Below are positions 1 through 12,869 of a stretch of 64,000 bases of DNA, piece by piece. The DNA is from Eledone cirrhosa (taxonomy: Eukaryota). Position 1 is the first letter of the stretch; every line of letters starts with the position of its first letter. The stretch is taken from positions 19,592,001-19,656,000 of the forward strand of contig OZ024762.1 of NCBI GenBank assembly GCA_964016885.1, given 5' to 3'. A program made the translations under genes and the position numbers. The notes below the pieces were generated by a model that was not told the DNA's origin, ran no database searches, and worked only from the letters and a program-made list of their open reading frames with translations.

Positions 1-360
1 TATACACATATATATATACATATACATATATATATATATACACACACACACACATATATATATATACACATATACCTATACATATATATACATATATACA
101 CATACATATATACACATATATATATACATACATACACATATACACATACACATATATATATATACATATATACACATATATACAAACACACACATATATA
201 TATACATATATAGACATACACACATATATATATACATATATACACACATACTCATACATATATACACATATATATATGCATATATACACATATATACAAA
301 CACACACACACACACACACACCCACACACCCACACCCACACACATATATATATGTATGTA
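1..360. repeat. (TA)n/(CA)n compound microsatellite
   Basis: Direct reading; source of the spurious YI/HT/CV ORFs. Confidence 0.95.
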
Positions 361-593
361 TATTTGGGTATATCTGTCAGTGCTTCTGCATAAGTCTCTC
401 CCTTTATACATGCTTATTGTTCAGCTTGATGAGAAAAATATTAATATGGAAGTCAGCCATGTTTACTAGGAGATCTAGTGGTTAGAGTGTTCGGCTTATA
501 TTCACAATGTAGTGGGTTTGATTCTTCTTGGAGCAGATTGTGTGGTGTTGTGTTCCCCCTGTGTCTGAATATATATATATATATATATATATA

Positions 594-912
594 GGAGGCA
601 CATGGCTTAGTGGTTAGAGCATTGGCCTTGCAATCAGACCGGGTGATGTGTTGTTTCCTTGAGCAAGACACTTTATTTCACATTGCTCCAGTTTACTCAG
701 CTGTAGAAATGAGATGATAGGGACTGGGGTCCATATCATTCCACCGCAAAGTGGTCGTGGAGGTGCCACGGGGAAAAAAAGCACCCAGCACTCACTGTAA
801 ATGAGGTTGGTGTTAGGAAGGGCATCCAGCTGTAGAAATCAAGCCAGAATCAGTTCCCGTCCCACCCTTGCAAGCAGGGAAAAAGCGGATGTAAAATGAA
901 ATGATGATGATA
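594..912 (+). mobile_element. tRNA-derived SINE family A (B-box segment deleted in this copy)
   Basis: Head GGAGGCACATGGCTTAGTGGTTAGAGC (A-box-like), CORE-like CCTTGAGCAAGACACTT, RTE-type tail ending in (ATG)n; near-identical to other copies in the window. Confidence 0.85.
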
Positions 913-934
913 TATATATATATATTATATGTAT

Positions 935-1166
935 GGAGGCACATGGCTTAGTGGTTAGAGCATTGGCCTTGCAATCGAAAGGTTGTGAGTTCAATTCTCA
1001 GATTAGTGTATGTGTTGTTTCCTTGAGCAAGACACTTTATTTCACATTGCTCCAGTTTACTCAGCTGTAGAAATGAGATGATAGAGACTGGGGTCCCTAT
1101 CATTCCACTGTAAGCTGGTCGTGGAGGTGCCACGGCAAAAAAGCACCCAGGACTCACTGTAAATGA
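935..1166 (+). mobile_element. SINE family A, 3'-truncated
   Basis: A box plus B-box-like GTGAGTTCAATTCTC; same body as other copies. Confidence 0.85.
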
Positions 1167-1262
1167 AGAATAGATTAAAGGCTGCTGCTTGAATATTTAG
1201 AGATCTAAGCAAGTTCTACAATGCCCACACCATCTCCCATTTATACATCCCAAATAAATTAT

Positions 1263-1491
1263 TTAACCCTTTAACATTCAAACCGGCTGTATCCGGCCAG
1301 AATTCTCTCATCTCTTTCTGTTCAAACTTTCTGTAACCGGCCACTCCTACTGACGTTAAGGTATTGTTCTCAAAATAAATAATATCAAAATTTCGTAGAT
1401 TCAATATTATGTGAGATAATTACGTGAGGTAAAGCCTTTACCATGAAAATACAAGAGTAAATATAGAATAATGTAAATGCTAAAGGGTTAA
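1263..1491. mobile_element. Non-autonomous piggyBac-type MITE (~225 bp)
   Basis: TTAA|CCCTTTAACATT ... AATGCTAAAGGG|TTAA: CCC/GGG termini, short TIRs, TTAA duplication; at least 7 copies in the window. Confidence 0.8.
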
Positions 1492-1569
1492 TACATGCTT
1501 ATTGCGCAGTTTGATGAGAAAAATATTAATATGGAATTCAACCATGTTTACTAGAAAGCCTAGTGTAAA

Positions 1570-2130
1570 TCCATGGTCTAGTGGTTAGGGTATTGGTCTT
1601 ATGATCGCAATGTGGTGGGTTTGATTCTTCCTGGACCTGGTCGTGTTGTGTTGTGTTCTTGAGCAAAACACTTCATGGACTCTCTCTCACTCTCAGTCGC
1701 TTAACACCATGGAAACTCGGATAAACTTGATGAACTTCTAGGCTTGAGACTAGTGAAGGCCGATGGCCCAGAGGATAGGTGGTTCAACTTATGATTATAA
1801 TGTGGTGGGTTCGATTCCTGGGCTGGGTTTTGTCCTGCGTCCTTGAGCAAAACACTTCATTTCACATTGCTCCAGTATACTCAGCTGTGGTAAAGGTTTT
1901 GGACTTGATAATGTTGTGGGTTCGATTCCTGGGCTGGGTTGTGTCCTGTGTCCTTGAGCAAAACACTTCATTTCACATTGCTCCAGCATTTCACATTGCT
2001 GTAAAATGAGTAGCAGCAGTGGCTAGAGAGTTTAACCTTCTGATGGACTGACATATCCAGTGGGAAATCTTCTACTCTCAGTTGCTTAACGCCGAGGAAA
2101 CTGGGATAAGGACTGGCCTACGGAACTTCC
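1570..2130 (+). mobile_element. Old degenerate tRNA/CORE-like SINE fragments with internal duplication
   Basis: TAGTGGTTAGGG..GGGTTCGATTCC..GTCCTTGAGCAAAACACTT repeated. Confidence 0.6.
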
Positions 2131-2187
2131 ATTCTTGATAGACTTTAGTCTTTTCAACTAGGGGTTAAGGTGTTACACTAATGCTTA

Positions 2188-2717
2188 TAGTTGTTTCTAC
2201 TTTAGGCACAAGGCCAGCAATTACCCAGTACATTACTGGTACTTTATTTTATTGACCCCGTAAGGATGAAAGGCAAAGTCAACCTCGGCGGGATTTGAGA
2301 CATATAATTGTTTCTACTTTAGGCACAAGGCCAGCAATTACCCAGTGCATTACTGGTACTTTATTTTGACCCCGTAAGGATGAAAGGCAAAGTCAACCTC
2401 GGCGGGATTTGAGACATATAATTGTTTCTACTTTAGGCACAAGGCCAGCAATTACCCAGTGCATTACTGGTACTTTATTTTATTGACCCCGTAAGGATGA
2501 AAGGCAAAGTCAACCTCGGCGGGATTTGAGACATATAATTGTTTCTACTTTAGGCACAAGGCCAGCAATTACCCAGTGCATTACTGGTACTTTATTTTAT
2601 CGACCCCGTAAGGATGACAGGCAAAGTCAACCTCGGCAGGATTTGAACTCAGATCGTTAAGGGACGTAACTATGCTGGAAAGCATGGCGTCCGACCCTTG
2701 ACTGATACTGCCAATGC
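2188..2717 (-). mobile_element. SINE family B with three extra tandem copies of its ~117-bp 3' half
   Basis: Unit TTGTTTCTACTTTAGGCACAAGGCCAGCAATTACCCAGT...GGCGGGATTTGAGACAT repeated, then a full copy to 2717. Confidence 0.85.
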
Positions 2718-2877
2718 TTATAATGGTATGTATTTGATTTCTGGACCGGGTGGGTAGTGAGTTCTTGAGTGAGACACGTTTCATTTCATGTTACTTTCCA
2801 AAATAGGACTGGGCACCCTCCCACTACACCCCTACCTTCCTAAAGTTAATACACCCAAGAAACTTCCTACGAGGTGC

Positions 2878-3872
2878 AACCATGACAATAACAGGAATAG
2901 CAACAACGGTAACTCCGACAAGAAAAGCAACAACTATGACAACAGAAACAATGACCACCAAGACAATGACAACAATCACAACTATAACAACAACTACAAC
3001 AATCACAACCACAACCACCACCACAACAACAACAGCAGCCACCACCACCACCACATCAACAACAATCACAACCACCACATCAACAACAATCACAACCACC
3101 ACCACAGCCACTACTACCACCACCACCACAACAACCACAGCCACTACCACCACCACCACAACAACAACAGCAGCCACCACCACCACCACATGAACAACAA
3201 TCACAACCACCACCATAGCCACTACCACCACCACAACAACAACCACAGCCACTACCACCACCACAACAACAACAACAACCACAACAACTACTACTTCCAC
3301 CACCACCACAACAACAATCACAACCACTACCACCACTACCACAACAACAACAATCACAGCCACCACCACCATCACCACAACAACAACTACAACAATCACA
3401 ACCACAGCCACCACCACCACAACAGCAACAACCACAGCCACCACCACCACAACAACAACTACAACAATCACAACCACAGCCACCACCACCACCACAACAG
3501 CAACAACCACAGCCACCACCACCACAACAACTACAACAATCACAACTACAGCCACCACCACCGCTACAACAGCAACAACCACAGCCACCACCACAACAAC
3601 AACTACAACAATCACAACCACAGCCACCACCACCACCACAACAGCAACAACCACAGCCACCATCACCACAACAACTACTACAGCATTCACAACCACAGCT
3701 ACCACCATCACAACAACCACAGCCACCACCACCATAACAACAACTACAGCCACCACCACCACAACAACAACTACAGCCACCACCACCACAACGACGACAG
3801 CCACCACCACCACAAAAAACCACGGCCACCACTACTACCACCACCACCACCACAACAACTACAACAACAACA
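2878..3872. repeat. (CAA/CAC)n degenerate trinucleotide repeat
   Basis: Open in several frames on both strands (His/Asn, Thr, Val, Gly/Cys). Confidence 0.9.
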
Positions 3873-4069
3873 CAATAAAATCCATCTTAGTATGTAGATT
3901 GTTTCATAATGGAGACACAATGTCAGAAGATCTATTTTCAGCAATAAAAAAGATCAAATTAATTCATTCTGAATCAAATACAGAATACTTTATGATATCT
4001 ATAAACATCTATTAATGAATGGGCGACAGTGATTGCATTTACTATAGAAATTGATAATAGTAATAGTCA

Positions 4070-4769
4070 CTGAAAACGAAGTGGGTGAAACACCATATTG
4101 ACTAGTTCACTGTGTAGAATCTGTGGAGAGAGAGAGGAGACTGTGGCTCACATTGTATCCAAGTGTAAACACCTAGCCCAGACTCACTATAAAGACTGGA
4201 GACATGATGTGATAGGCAGGCTGATCCACTGGCACCTATGCAAAGTAAACAATTTACCACATTCTGAGAAGTGGTATGAGCATAGGCCAGAGTCGGTGAT
4301 AGAAAACGATCAGGTGAAGGTGCTATGGGATTTTAGGATACAGACGGACAAGAAACTGGAACACAATAGGCCTGACTTGGTGATTTTGGACAGGGAAAAA
4401 AGATCGTGCCTGATTGTAGATGTAGCCTGACCATTTGACACGAGAGTGGAAGAAAAGGAGAGGGAGAAAATTAACTGATACCAGGACTTAAAGTGGGAGG
4501 TAAAAAGGATTTGGAACTGCCATGAAGTCAGAGTCATCCCGATTGTCATAGACGCACTAGGTACTATCTCAAAGAGTGTCCAAGGATGGTTAAAGAAAGT
4601 TAGTCCAGCCCCGCTTTTTGGAACACTTCAAAAGGCATGCTTTGCTGGGAACAGCAAGAACCCTCCGATACGTCCTGAATATCTGAGGCTGCAGGTTGCG
4701 GCTTGATATTCATTTCAACAAACTTTCCAGTTAAATAACATCAATGACTGAGACTCAAAGAACAATAAA

Positions 4770-4802
<33 letters not shown>

Positions 4803-4825
4803 AGTAATAGTAATAATAATAATAA
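4070..4825 (+). mobile_element. 5'-truncated non-LTR retrotransposon with REL endonuclease (R4/Dong-like), disabled
   Basis: CRICGEREETVAHIVSKC zinc knuckle, RHD, LWDF, NRPDLV..IVDVA, KINxYQDL; in-frame stops and a frameshift; 3' end runs into (TAA)n. Confidence 0.85.
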
Positions 4826-5172
4826 TTGTTTCTACTTTGGGCACAAGGCGAGCAATTATCCCAGTACATTGCTGTAATAATAATTGTTTCTACTTTTGGC
4901 ACAAGGCCAGCCATTACCCCAGTGCATTACTGGTACTTTATTTATATCTACCGATAATGATTTCTACTGTAGGCAATTTAGGGACCAGCAATTTGGGGAG
5001 AGAGGAAAGCCGATTAAATCGACCCCAGTGTATTACTGGTGCGTTATTTTATCGACCCCATAAGGATGAAAGGCAAAGTTAACCTCAGCGGGATTTGAAC
5101 TCAGTTTGTAAAGGGACGTAACTCTATGTTCGAAAGCATGGTGTCCGACTCTCTACCGATAGTGCCAATCCA
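4825..5172 (-). mobile_element. SINE family B copies/fragments
   Basis: Matches family B body (CGACCCC.TAAGGATGAAAGGCAAAG.AACCTC.GCGGGATTTGAACTCAG). Confidence 0.8.
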
Positions 5173-5589
5173 CTTCAAGAATTCTAAGCCATATCTTTCA
5201 TCAGAGATATGGTTGGTAACTGAAGTGTTAAAGTTTTCAGTAGCACACCACCTGACATTGCCTTCGGTCAACAATACATTGCTGGTCAGAGCAGTGGTGG
5301 GGAACCTTTTTATGTTGAAAGGCTGTATTAAGTTACTTGTAATATAATAAGGCTGCATTCAAGAAACCATAATTATATATTCCTAAAATCTACAGTATTT
5401 TGTAAAAATCTAATTATCTAAAAAAATAAAATTAAAAAAATCGAATAAAAATGTTTGTTTTATGGTTAAAAATAAAATAAGAGATAGACAAAACCTTAAC
5501 AAAAATTAAGAATTTGTTGGAAATTTTGATTCTTTCAAAAGTCTGCACAGAATGGCAAAGAAGACTGCAGGTTACCCATCTCCGGTTTA

Positions 5590-6610
5590 TACTTATATAA
5601 CTAGATCTGTCAGAATTTTCTGATTAGTTCAAAATTATTTGAAAATCATAGGCTATTTCTTCCCTTTGAAGTCATCATCATCATCATCAACTTCATTGTC
5701 ATTTTAACGTTCACTTTCCCTGCTTGCAAAGGTATGATCGGTAACTAAAGGGTTAAACTTTTCAATAGTACACCACCTGGAACTTCCTTTTGGTCAACAA
5801 TACATAGCTGTTTAAACCTTTAGCATTTAAACCAACCATATCCGGTCAGATCTCTCACTTCTTTCTGTTCAAATGGACTTTAACCAGCCACTCATACTGA
5901 TGTTAAGGTCTTGTTCTTAAAATAAATAATATCAAAATCTCATAGATTCGATATTATGTGAGATAAAGCCTTTACTGTGAAAATGTAATAGCATATATAG
6001 AGTAATGTAAATGTTGAAGGGTTAAAGTTATATTACTCTATCTGATTGCTTTCAAAATTATTTAAAAATCATAGGTCATCCCTTTCATTAGAAATATGGT
6101 CGGTAACTAGTTCAATTTTTCAATAGTACACCACCAGGAACTACTCTTGGGTCAACCATAGGTAACTGTTTATAGTTATATTACTATATCTGTCTGAATT
6201 TTCTGATATTTTTCAAAATTATTTTGAAAATCACAGTCCATGTCTTTCATTAGAAATATTGTCAGTAAGTAAAAGGTTACATTTTTCAATAGTACACCAC
6301 TTGAACTACCCTTGGGTCAACTATTGGTAGCTGTTTATAGTTATATTAGTATATCTGTCTAAATTTTCTGATATTTTTCAAAATTATTTTGAAAATCACA
6401 GTCCATGTCTTTCATTAGAAATATTATCAGTAAGTAAAGGGTTACATTTTTCAATAGTACACCACTTGAACTACCCTTGGGTCAACCATATGTAGCAGTT
6501 TCTAGTTATATTACTATATCTGTCTGAATTTTCTGATATTTTTCAAAATTACTTTGAAAATCATAGTCAGTGCCTTTCATTAGAAATATGGTCGGCAAGT
6601 AAAGGGTTAA
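5590..6610. repeat. Degenerate ~165-bp tandem repeat, interrupted by a MITE
   Basis: Recurrent TTCAAAATTATTTTGAAAATCA ... TTTTCAATAGTACACCAC ... GGGTCAAC. Confidence 0.75.
5812..6025. mobile_element. piggyBac-type MITE
   Basis: TTAA-flanked, same body as 1263-1491. Confidence 0.75.
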
Positions 6611-6983
6611 TGCTCAGTCAGGCATAATATGGTGGATAGAGAGAAAAAGAGAGATAAAATCACAAAGGTTATTGCTCTTTGTGCCAACATTCTATCTAAC
6701 CAAAGATAGAAATAAATGAATAAATAAGAGAAAATTACTATTATTTAGAAATTAGAGGAACTAGTTGTTGGCCCAACACCAAAGTATGGAATATACAATA
6801 TTTTCTGCCTCAAAAGATGCAATATTTTGCTATTTTTTCTTTCTTTTTCTCTCTGCTGATAAACGTAAGCTCTTAAATTTACATTTTGTCTTATCACTGA
6901 AAGGTCAGCTTTCTGTGTAAAAAGAACTTTGGTAATCTCTAATGAACACAAGACACTATCAGCACCATCTGCAGCAGCAGCAG

Positions 6984-7040
<57 letters not shown>

Positions 7041-7144
7041 TGTCATCATCATTGCCATCATCATCATCAATAGAATTTTGACCATATGTTTATCATACAT
7101 ATATACTCATTGTTGTGTAAATATGTATGTCTTTGTGCTTTATA

Positions 7145-7219
<75 letters not shown>

Positions 7220-7243
7220 ATATATATATATATATATTTATTT

Positions 7244-7311
<68 letters not shown>

Positions 7312-7317
7312 TTATTT

Positions 7318-7389
<72 letters not shown>

Positions 7390-7797
7390 TATGTTGGTGC
7401 CACACCATCCAGGCCGAAACAAATGAGATCGTGTAGGTGTCACGACAAAAAAAAAACACACAGTCCACGCTGTAATGTGGCCGTGTAGGCAACACGGTAA
7501 AAACCTCCCGGCCCCACACTGTAAATGTGGGTGGTGTTAGGAAGGGCATCCAGCTGTAGAAAACCCGCCAGACAGTCCACGCTGTAATGTGGCCGTGTAG
7601 GCAACACGGTAAAAACCTCCCAGCCCCACACTGTAAATGTGGTTGGTGTTAGGAAGGGCATCCAGCTGTAGAAAACCCGCCAGACAGTCCTATGCGAGCA
7701 AGACAACCACTCTTGCCTCAAGTGGGAAAACCCCCGTCCAAACCCATGCAAGCGTGGAACACGGACGCTAAACCTTGATGATGATGATGATGATGAT
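7390..7797 (+). mobile_element. Retroposon family C (SINE/RTE 3' module) with internal duplication
   Basis: GTTAGGAAGGGCATCCAGCTGTAGAAAAC..AACCCATGCAAGCGTGGAA..(ATG)n; copies at 34837, 48551, 14370. Confidence 0.8.
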
Positions 7798-7984
7798 AAA
7801 AAGTCAGGACCCCGATGGCTGAGCTCCGGTTGTTTCGACAGCTAGATCTGAACACTTTTCCTATTACCCACTCTACTACCCTAAGTATTGAGTACTCTGG
7901 TGCGTTATGGTCCACCTGGTTCCTTACTACTCTTTCTCTGTTATATATATATATATATATAAATATGTATTCATATACATATAT

Positions 7985-8120
7985 AATTCTTTCTACTTTT
8001 GGCACAAGGCCAGTAAATACCCAGTATATAACTGGTACTTTATTTTATCGACCTCATAAGGATGAAAGGCAAAGTTAACCTTGGTGGGATTTGAACTCAG
8101 ATCGTAAAGGGACGTAACTA
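7985..8120 (-). mobile_element. SINE family B fragment
   Basis: Sequence identity to family B. Confidence 0.75.
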
Positions 8121-9198
8121 ATATGAGCAAGACAGTCACCTGACTCAACTTGCTTCTAAGGAGACAATCCGTCTAACCCATGCTAGCATGGAATATGGAC
8201 GTTAAACGATGATGATGATGATATATATATAGTAAATGAGTAAAGAATAACATGGTCGGCTGTACAATAGGGTTTATTCAAAGTATTAACAATTGTTTCA
8301 TTAGTCTGGTGTGTTTAAAATTGGATTACCTTAAACGATATCTTGTTAACATATATATATATATCACGATAAATTAACGGAGGCATAGGCCGTCGTTATT
8401 CCCTGTAAATAATGTGCTCAAAGGGGAAGAGATCCTGAGCCCTTTAAAATATATGTTGAGAAGGTAACACACCAGAGAGAAATATATAGTGCGTTATCAA
8501 TAATACAGGGAAAAAAAAAATATATATATATATATTGTTATACTTGGGGAGGGTCATATTTGTGTAATATTGACAGAATTAATAACAGAACACACTCACT
8601 GTTTGGTTGGTTTTCAAAATTTATAAAATTTATAAAATTTATAAAATTTATAAAATTTATAAAATTTATAAAATTTTCAAAATTTATAAAATTAATACAA
8701 ATAACCATCAACATTTATAAAATTAATACAAATAACCATCAAAATTTATAAAATTAATACAAATAACCATCAACTTTTAATACCTAAAATTTTGATTCTT
8801 TATCCTAAAATAACATAAATTAAATATTTTGAAATTTAACCGCCAAGGCTATACATGTTTATATGTGTCCGAAGAAAATTTGAGCATAAATTACTCCCCT
8901 TTATCTCTCCCTCTCTTTAATTATCTATCAGTTGCATTCTCAAGCTAAAAACTAAATAAATTATAACTTCAGATATGTCTTCCTCTATAGTCCTATAGTA
9001 GTATTCCAGACTTTAAAAACTCTATAACCGTTACATTAAAGCAATGTTTTTCTTACTCACACCCTCTCTATTGATTCTATTACGTTTTCACATGTTCTCA
9101 ATATTAGGGTATAATTATTGAGTTTTCTCATAAGTTAATCACTACCTTGATTAAATCTTAACCATCTAACATGTCAGGGTATGTCATGTATCATTTTA

Positions 9199-9262
9199 TT
9201 TTATCTGATGAGGACATACTATTGAACCTGATTCAAGTACCTCTGAAATATGTATAATAAAA
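9199..9262 (+). ncRNA. Minimal type I hammerhead ribozyme motif
   Basis: TTTTAT-CTGATGA-stem II-GAAA-TATGTA-TA-ATAAAA. Confidence 0.65.
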
Positions 9263-9933
9263 TTTAATTGATCACAAGAATATATATTTTGTTAATGTTA
9301 ATATTTGAATTAATATATATATAAACTGGAAACATTCTCCCAACTTGTAGAAAACTTATAATGAAACAATTGTTTGGAAAGAGAGATATATTTTAACTTT
9401 AATTATATCTCATATAAAATAATACAACTGGCTTTCCACAAAATATATATAGTTAGCACCCCAAACACTTAAATTGGGTTTATACTAACGTATAACCTAA
9501 TATTTGTTGAGTGAGATGGTTACCAGTCGGAGTTTAGCTTAAAGCTATCTCTGTTATTGTATTAAATAATTATATATATATATATATATATATATAGTAT
9601 AAAAGAGAAAACACAGGTAAGCATTAAGAGAAGGATTTTATCCAGGTATTTACGACCGTTTCATTGGTAAGTGCAACCTTATATTGCTATACTGCAAATA
9701 GCAGCCACTCAATTATAATTGTTGTTCACAGTCCAAATTTTCAAAATAGAACTGGATCACAATAAGCAATTTTTTGCTTCTCTAACTATATATATATATA
9801 TATATGTAGGAGGTGAGTTTTATTGTAGTACAATAAAGCAATGCAGATATCGGATAAGAAGCACTCTACAGTTTGTAGGACTCGAGTATACATAATATAT
9901 AAGAACAAAAGATGGTTAAAAGAGTTCTATGTA

Positions 9934-9998
9934 TTTTATTATGCGCATTTCAAAAACAAATATCATCATGCAATAATATTTGTTTTCATCAGATAAAA
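9934..9998 (-). ncRNA. Type I hammerhead ribozyme (family H1)
   Basis: Minus strand TTTTAT-CTGATGA-stem II-GAAA-TGCGCA-TA-ATAAAA. Confidence 0.75.
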
Positions 9999-10147
9999 CA
10001 GGAAGACATGATATGAAGGTTAAAAAACACTTGTGGATAGTGCAGTTTTAAATCAACATATCAATATGTTTTAAATCAACATATATATGTTGATTTAAAA
10101 CTGCACTATCCACAAGTGTTTTTTAACCTTCATATCATGTCTTCCTG

Positions 10148-10214
10148 TTTTATCTGATGAAAACACAAATATTATTGCATGATGATATTTGTTTTTGAAA
10201 TGCGCATAATAAAA
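10148..10214 (+). ncRNA. Type I hammerhead ribozyme (family H1)
   Basis: TTTTAT-CTGATGA-AAACACAAATATTATTGCATGATGATATTTGTTTTT-GAAA-TGCGCA-TA-ATAAAA. Confidence 0.8.
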
Positions 10215-10400
10215 TACATGGAACTCTTTTAACCATCTTTTGTTCTTATATATTATATATATATATGTAGGAGGTGAGTTTTATTGTAGTACAATAAAGC
10301 AATGCAGATATCGGATAAGAAGCACTCTACAGTTTGTAGGACTGGAGTATAAATAATATATAAGATCAAATACATGGAACTCTTTTAACCATCTTTTGAT

Positions 10401-10437
<37 letters not shown>

Positions 10438-10439
10438 CG

Positions 10440-10614
10440 AAGGAAATGTGGTAAGGAACCAGGTGGACCATAACGCACCAAAGTACTCAATACTTAGGGT
10501 AGTAGAGTGGGTAATAGGAACAAGTAAGACCCCGACGGCTGAGCTCAAGCCGTTTCAACGGCGAATTAGCTGTCGAAACGGCTTGAGCTCAGCCGTCGGG
10601 GTCTTACTTGTTCC

Positions 10615-10616
<2 letters not shown>
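10440..10616. mobile_element. Family H7 short element with ~100-bp near-perfect hairpin
   Basis: TAGGAACAAGTAAGACCCCGACGGCTGAGCTCAAGCCGTTTC ... GAAACGGCTTGAGCTCAGCCGTCGGGGTCTTACTTGTTCCTA; relatives at 7805, 44380, 48060. Confidence 0.7.
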
Positions 10617-10645
<29 letters not shown>

Positions 10646-11411
10646 TTTCTCTGTCCACTTATTCCTTCAGTAAGGTTACAGACAAATACATACTCCGAGG
10701 TCACTTGTCATATTGGGGGTTGGAATAAGCAGGGGGAGTTAGAATAAACGGGGATTTGGAAAATCAGTAATTTTTCTAGGTTGTCTCTGTTGGTTATTTT
10801 TAAAAAGCAGAATTACTCGTTTAGTTTACATATTAAGACCTGAACCTATTTATTTTATAATGTATGAGATTTTTAGGTATGTACTTTTTGGTGTTGTGTT
10901 TAATGTTCTTGTTTTTTTATTTTATGCTACCATGTAAAATAAAATTTTGCCGGAGATAGATTACATTAAAATGGTGTGAGAGGGGGGGGGGGGCTTATCC
11001 GAGACCTGAGATAAATAGATGCAAGTATGACTGTGTGTGTGCATGTGCAGGTGCATGCGTGTGTGTTTATGATGTTAAGTATGTGTCTATAAAATGTCCT
11101 TATCTTGTGATATGTGTAGACCAACAGCTGGAACACATCTGTCCTTGACATTAACATGTGTTAGCCTAGTGTCTTCAATATCTTTGAGGGAGCCCTTGCT
11201 TCATCTAATCAAACATACTGAGGAGGGCGATATGGTGCTAAGGCCCACCAATGAAGGTCAGTCTCCATATCTCACAGACATGGGACTGTGAGCTAAGTTA
11301 GCAGAAACTAATGTTGTTTTTTTTCTGGCTGGGTGGTTGTTTTTTTTCCATCTTTTTCTTTATTTAAATTTTTTTTCACTCAATGTTAATTAGTTTGTAA
11401 ATTAAAACAAG

Positions 11412-11459
<48 letters not shown>

Positions 11460-11530
11460 TAAAAACTAATGCCAATAATCCTTCAAACTCAATTTCCATT
11501 TCACAAGCAGTAAGATAAAACAATTGTATC

Positions 11531-11607
<77 letters not shown>

Positions 11608-11608
11608 T

Positions 11609-11676
<68 letters not shown>

Positions 11677-11704
11677 CTCTCTCTCTCTCTATCTCTCTCT
11701 CTCT

Positions 11705-11985
11705 ATCATCATCATTTTACATCATCCTTTTACACCCATTCTTCCACGCTAGCATCGGTTAGACAGGTTGTCCTGTTGTGGGCAATGTTAGGTTGGGTCA
11801 CCTTGCCTTGCTCATACAGGAACTGATTCTGGCTTGATTTCCACAGCTGGATGCCCTTCCTAACACCAACCTCATTTACAGTGAGTGCTGGGTGCTTTTT
11901 TTGCCGTGGCACCTACACGTCCACTTTACAGTGTGTGCTGGGTGCTTTTTTTGTCGTGACACTTCCACTACCACATTGCAGTGGG
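11705..11985 (-). mobile_element. SINE A/C-related 3' part
   Basis: CAGCTGGATGCCCTTCCTAACACCAACCTCATTTACAGTGAGTGCTGGGTGC. Confidence 0.75.
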
Positions 11986-12157
11986 AGGGTGTGGGGGCAT
12001 ATTGTCTATATGCTTCAGCTTCGGCTTGTTCTCGTGGGAAGTCAGATCTTCTGTATTGCTGCGTGACACCAGAGGTCATGGTCCAGTGTCATCGGCGTTC
12101 TATATATATATATATATATAATATAAGATCAAAAGATCGTTAAAGGAGTTCCATATA

Positions 12158-12224
12158 TTTTATTATGCGCATTTCAAAAACAAACATCATCATGCAATAA
12201 TATTTGTGTTTTCATCAGATAAAA
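12158..12224 (-). ncRNA. Type I hammerhead ribozyme (H1)
   Basis: Intact core on minus strand, TGCGCA stem III. Confidence 0.8.
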
Positions 12225-12585
12225 TAGAACATGATATGAAGGCTAAAAAACACTTGTGGATAGTGCAGTTTTAAATCAACATATGAAAAGTGGTTTTAGA
12301 TTGATGTGTGATATTGGGAAAAATATTTTATTTAGAGAGGGGGGGGGGGAAAGGATGAAAAGGGAAGGAGATGAGAGGGAGAGATGGGTGATAGAGAGAA
12401 CTATCTCTTTCTCTCTATCACCCATCTCTCCCTCTCATCTCCTTCCCTTTTCATCCTTCCCCCCTCCCTCTCTAAATAAAATATTTTTCCCAATATCACA
12501 CATCAATCTAAAACCACTTTTCATATGTTGATTTAAAACTGCACTATCCACAAGTGTTTTTTAGCCTTCATATCATGTTCTCCTA

Positions 12586-12652
12586 TTTTATCTGATGAAA
12601 ACACAAATATTATTGCATGATGATGTTTGTTTTTGAAATGCGCATAATAAAA
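12586..12652 (+). ncRNA. Type I hammerhead ribozyme (H1)
   Basis: TTTTAT-CTGATGA...GAAA-TGCGCA-TA-ATAAAA. Confidence 0.8.
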
Positions 12653-12775
12653 TATATGGAACTCCTTTAACCATCTTTTGATCTTATATTATGCATACTC
12701 CAGTCCCACAAACTGTAGAGTGCTTCTTATCCGATATCTGCATTGCTTTATTGTACTACAATAAAACTCACCTCC

Positions 12776-12824
<49 letters not shown>

Positions 12825-12869
12825 AAGTTAAATAAAAGTCAAATGATTAAAATTTAGCTTTGTTTATTC

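Larger units (their letters stand above)
9805..10405. mobile_element. Penelope-pLTR-like element H1, inverted plus partial direct copies, (TA)n-flanked
   Basis: ~170-bp arms 9893-10060 / 10087-10255; 9805-9900 repeated at 10265; carries two hammerheads. Confidence 0.75.
12121..12780. mobile_element. Family H1 element forming a ~570-bp palindrome
   Basis: Arms 12121-12400 and ~12409-12689 are near-perfect reverse complements. Confidence 0.85.

Noticed and set aside
935-1010. tRNA genes at SINE heads
   Set aside because: A/B boxes continue into SINE bodies; no complete cloverleaf
2788-3897. 369-aa His/Asn-rich ORF
   Set aside because: Trinucleotide repeat open in several frames on both strands; no domain or splice support
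6745-7070. Minus-strand poly-Asp plus 68-aa ORF
   Set aside because: No recognisable motif; length compatible with chance next to an (ATC)n repeat
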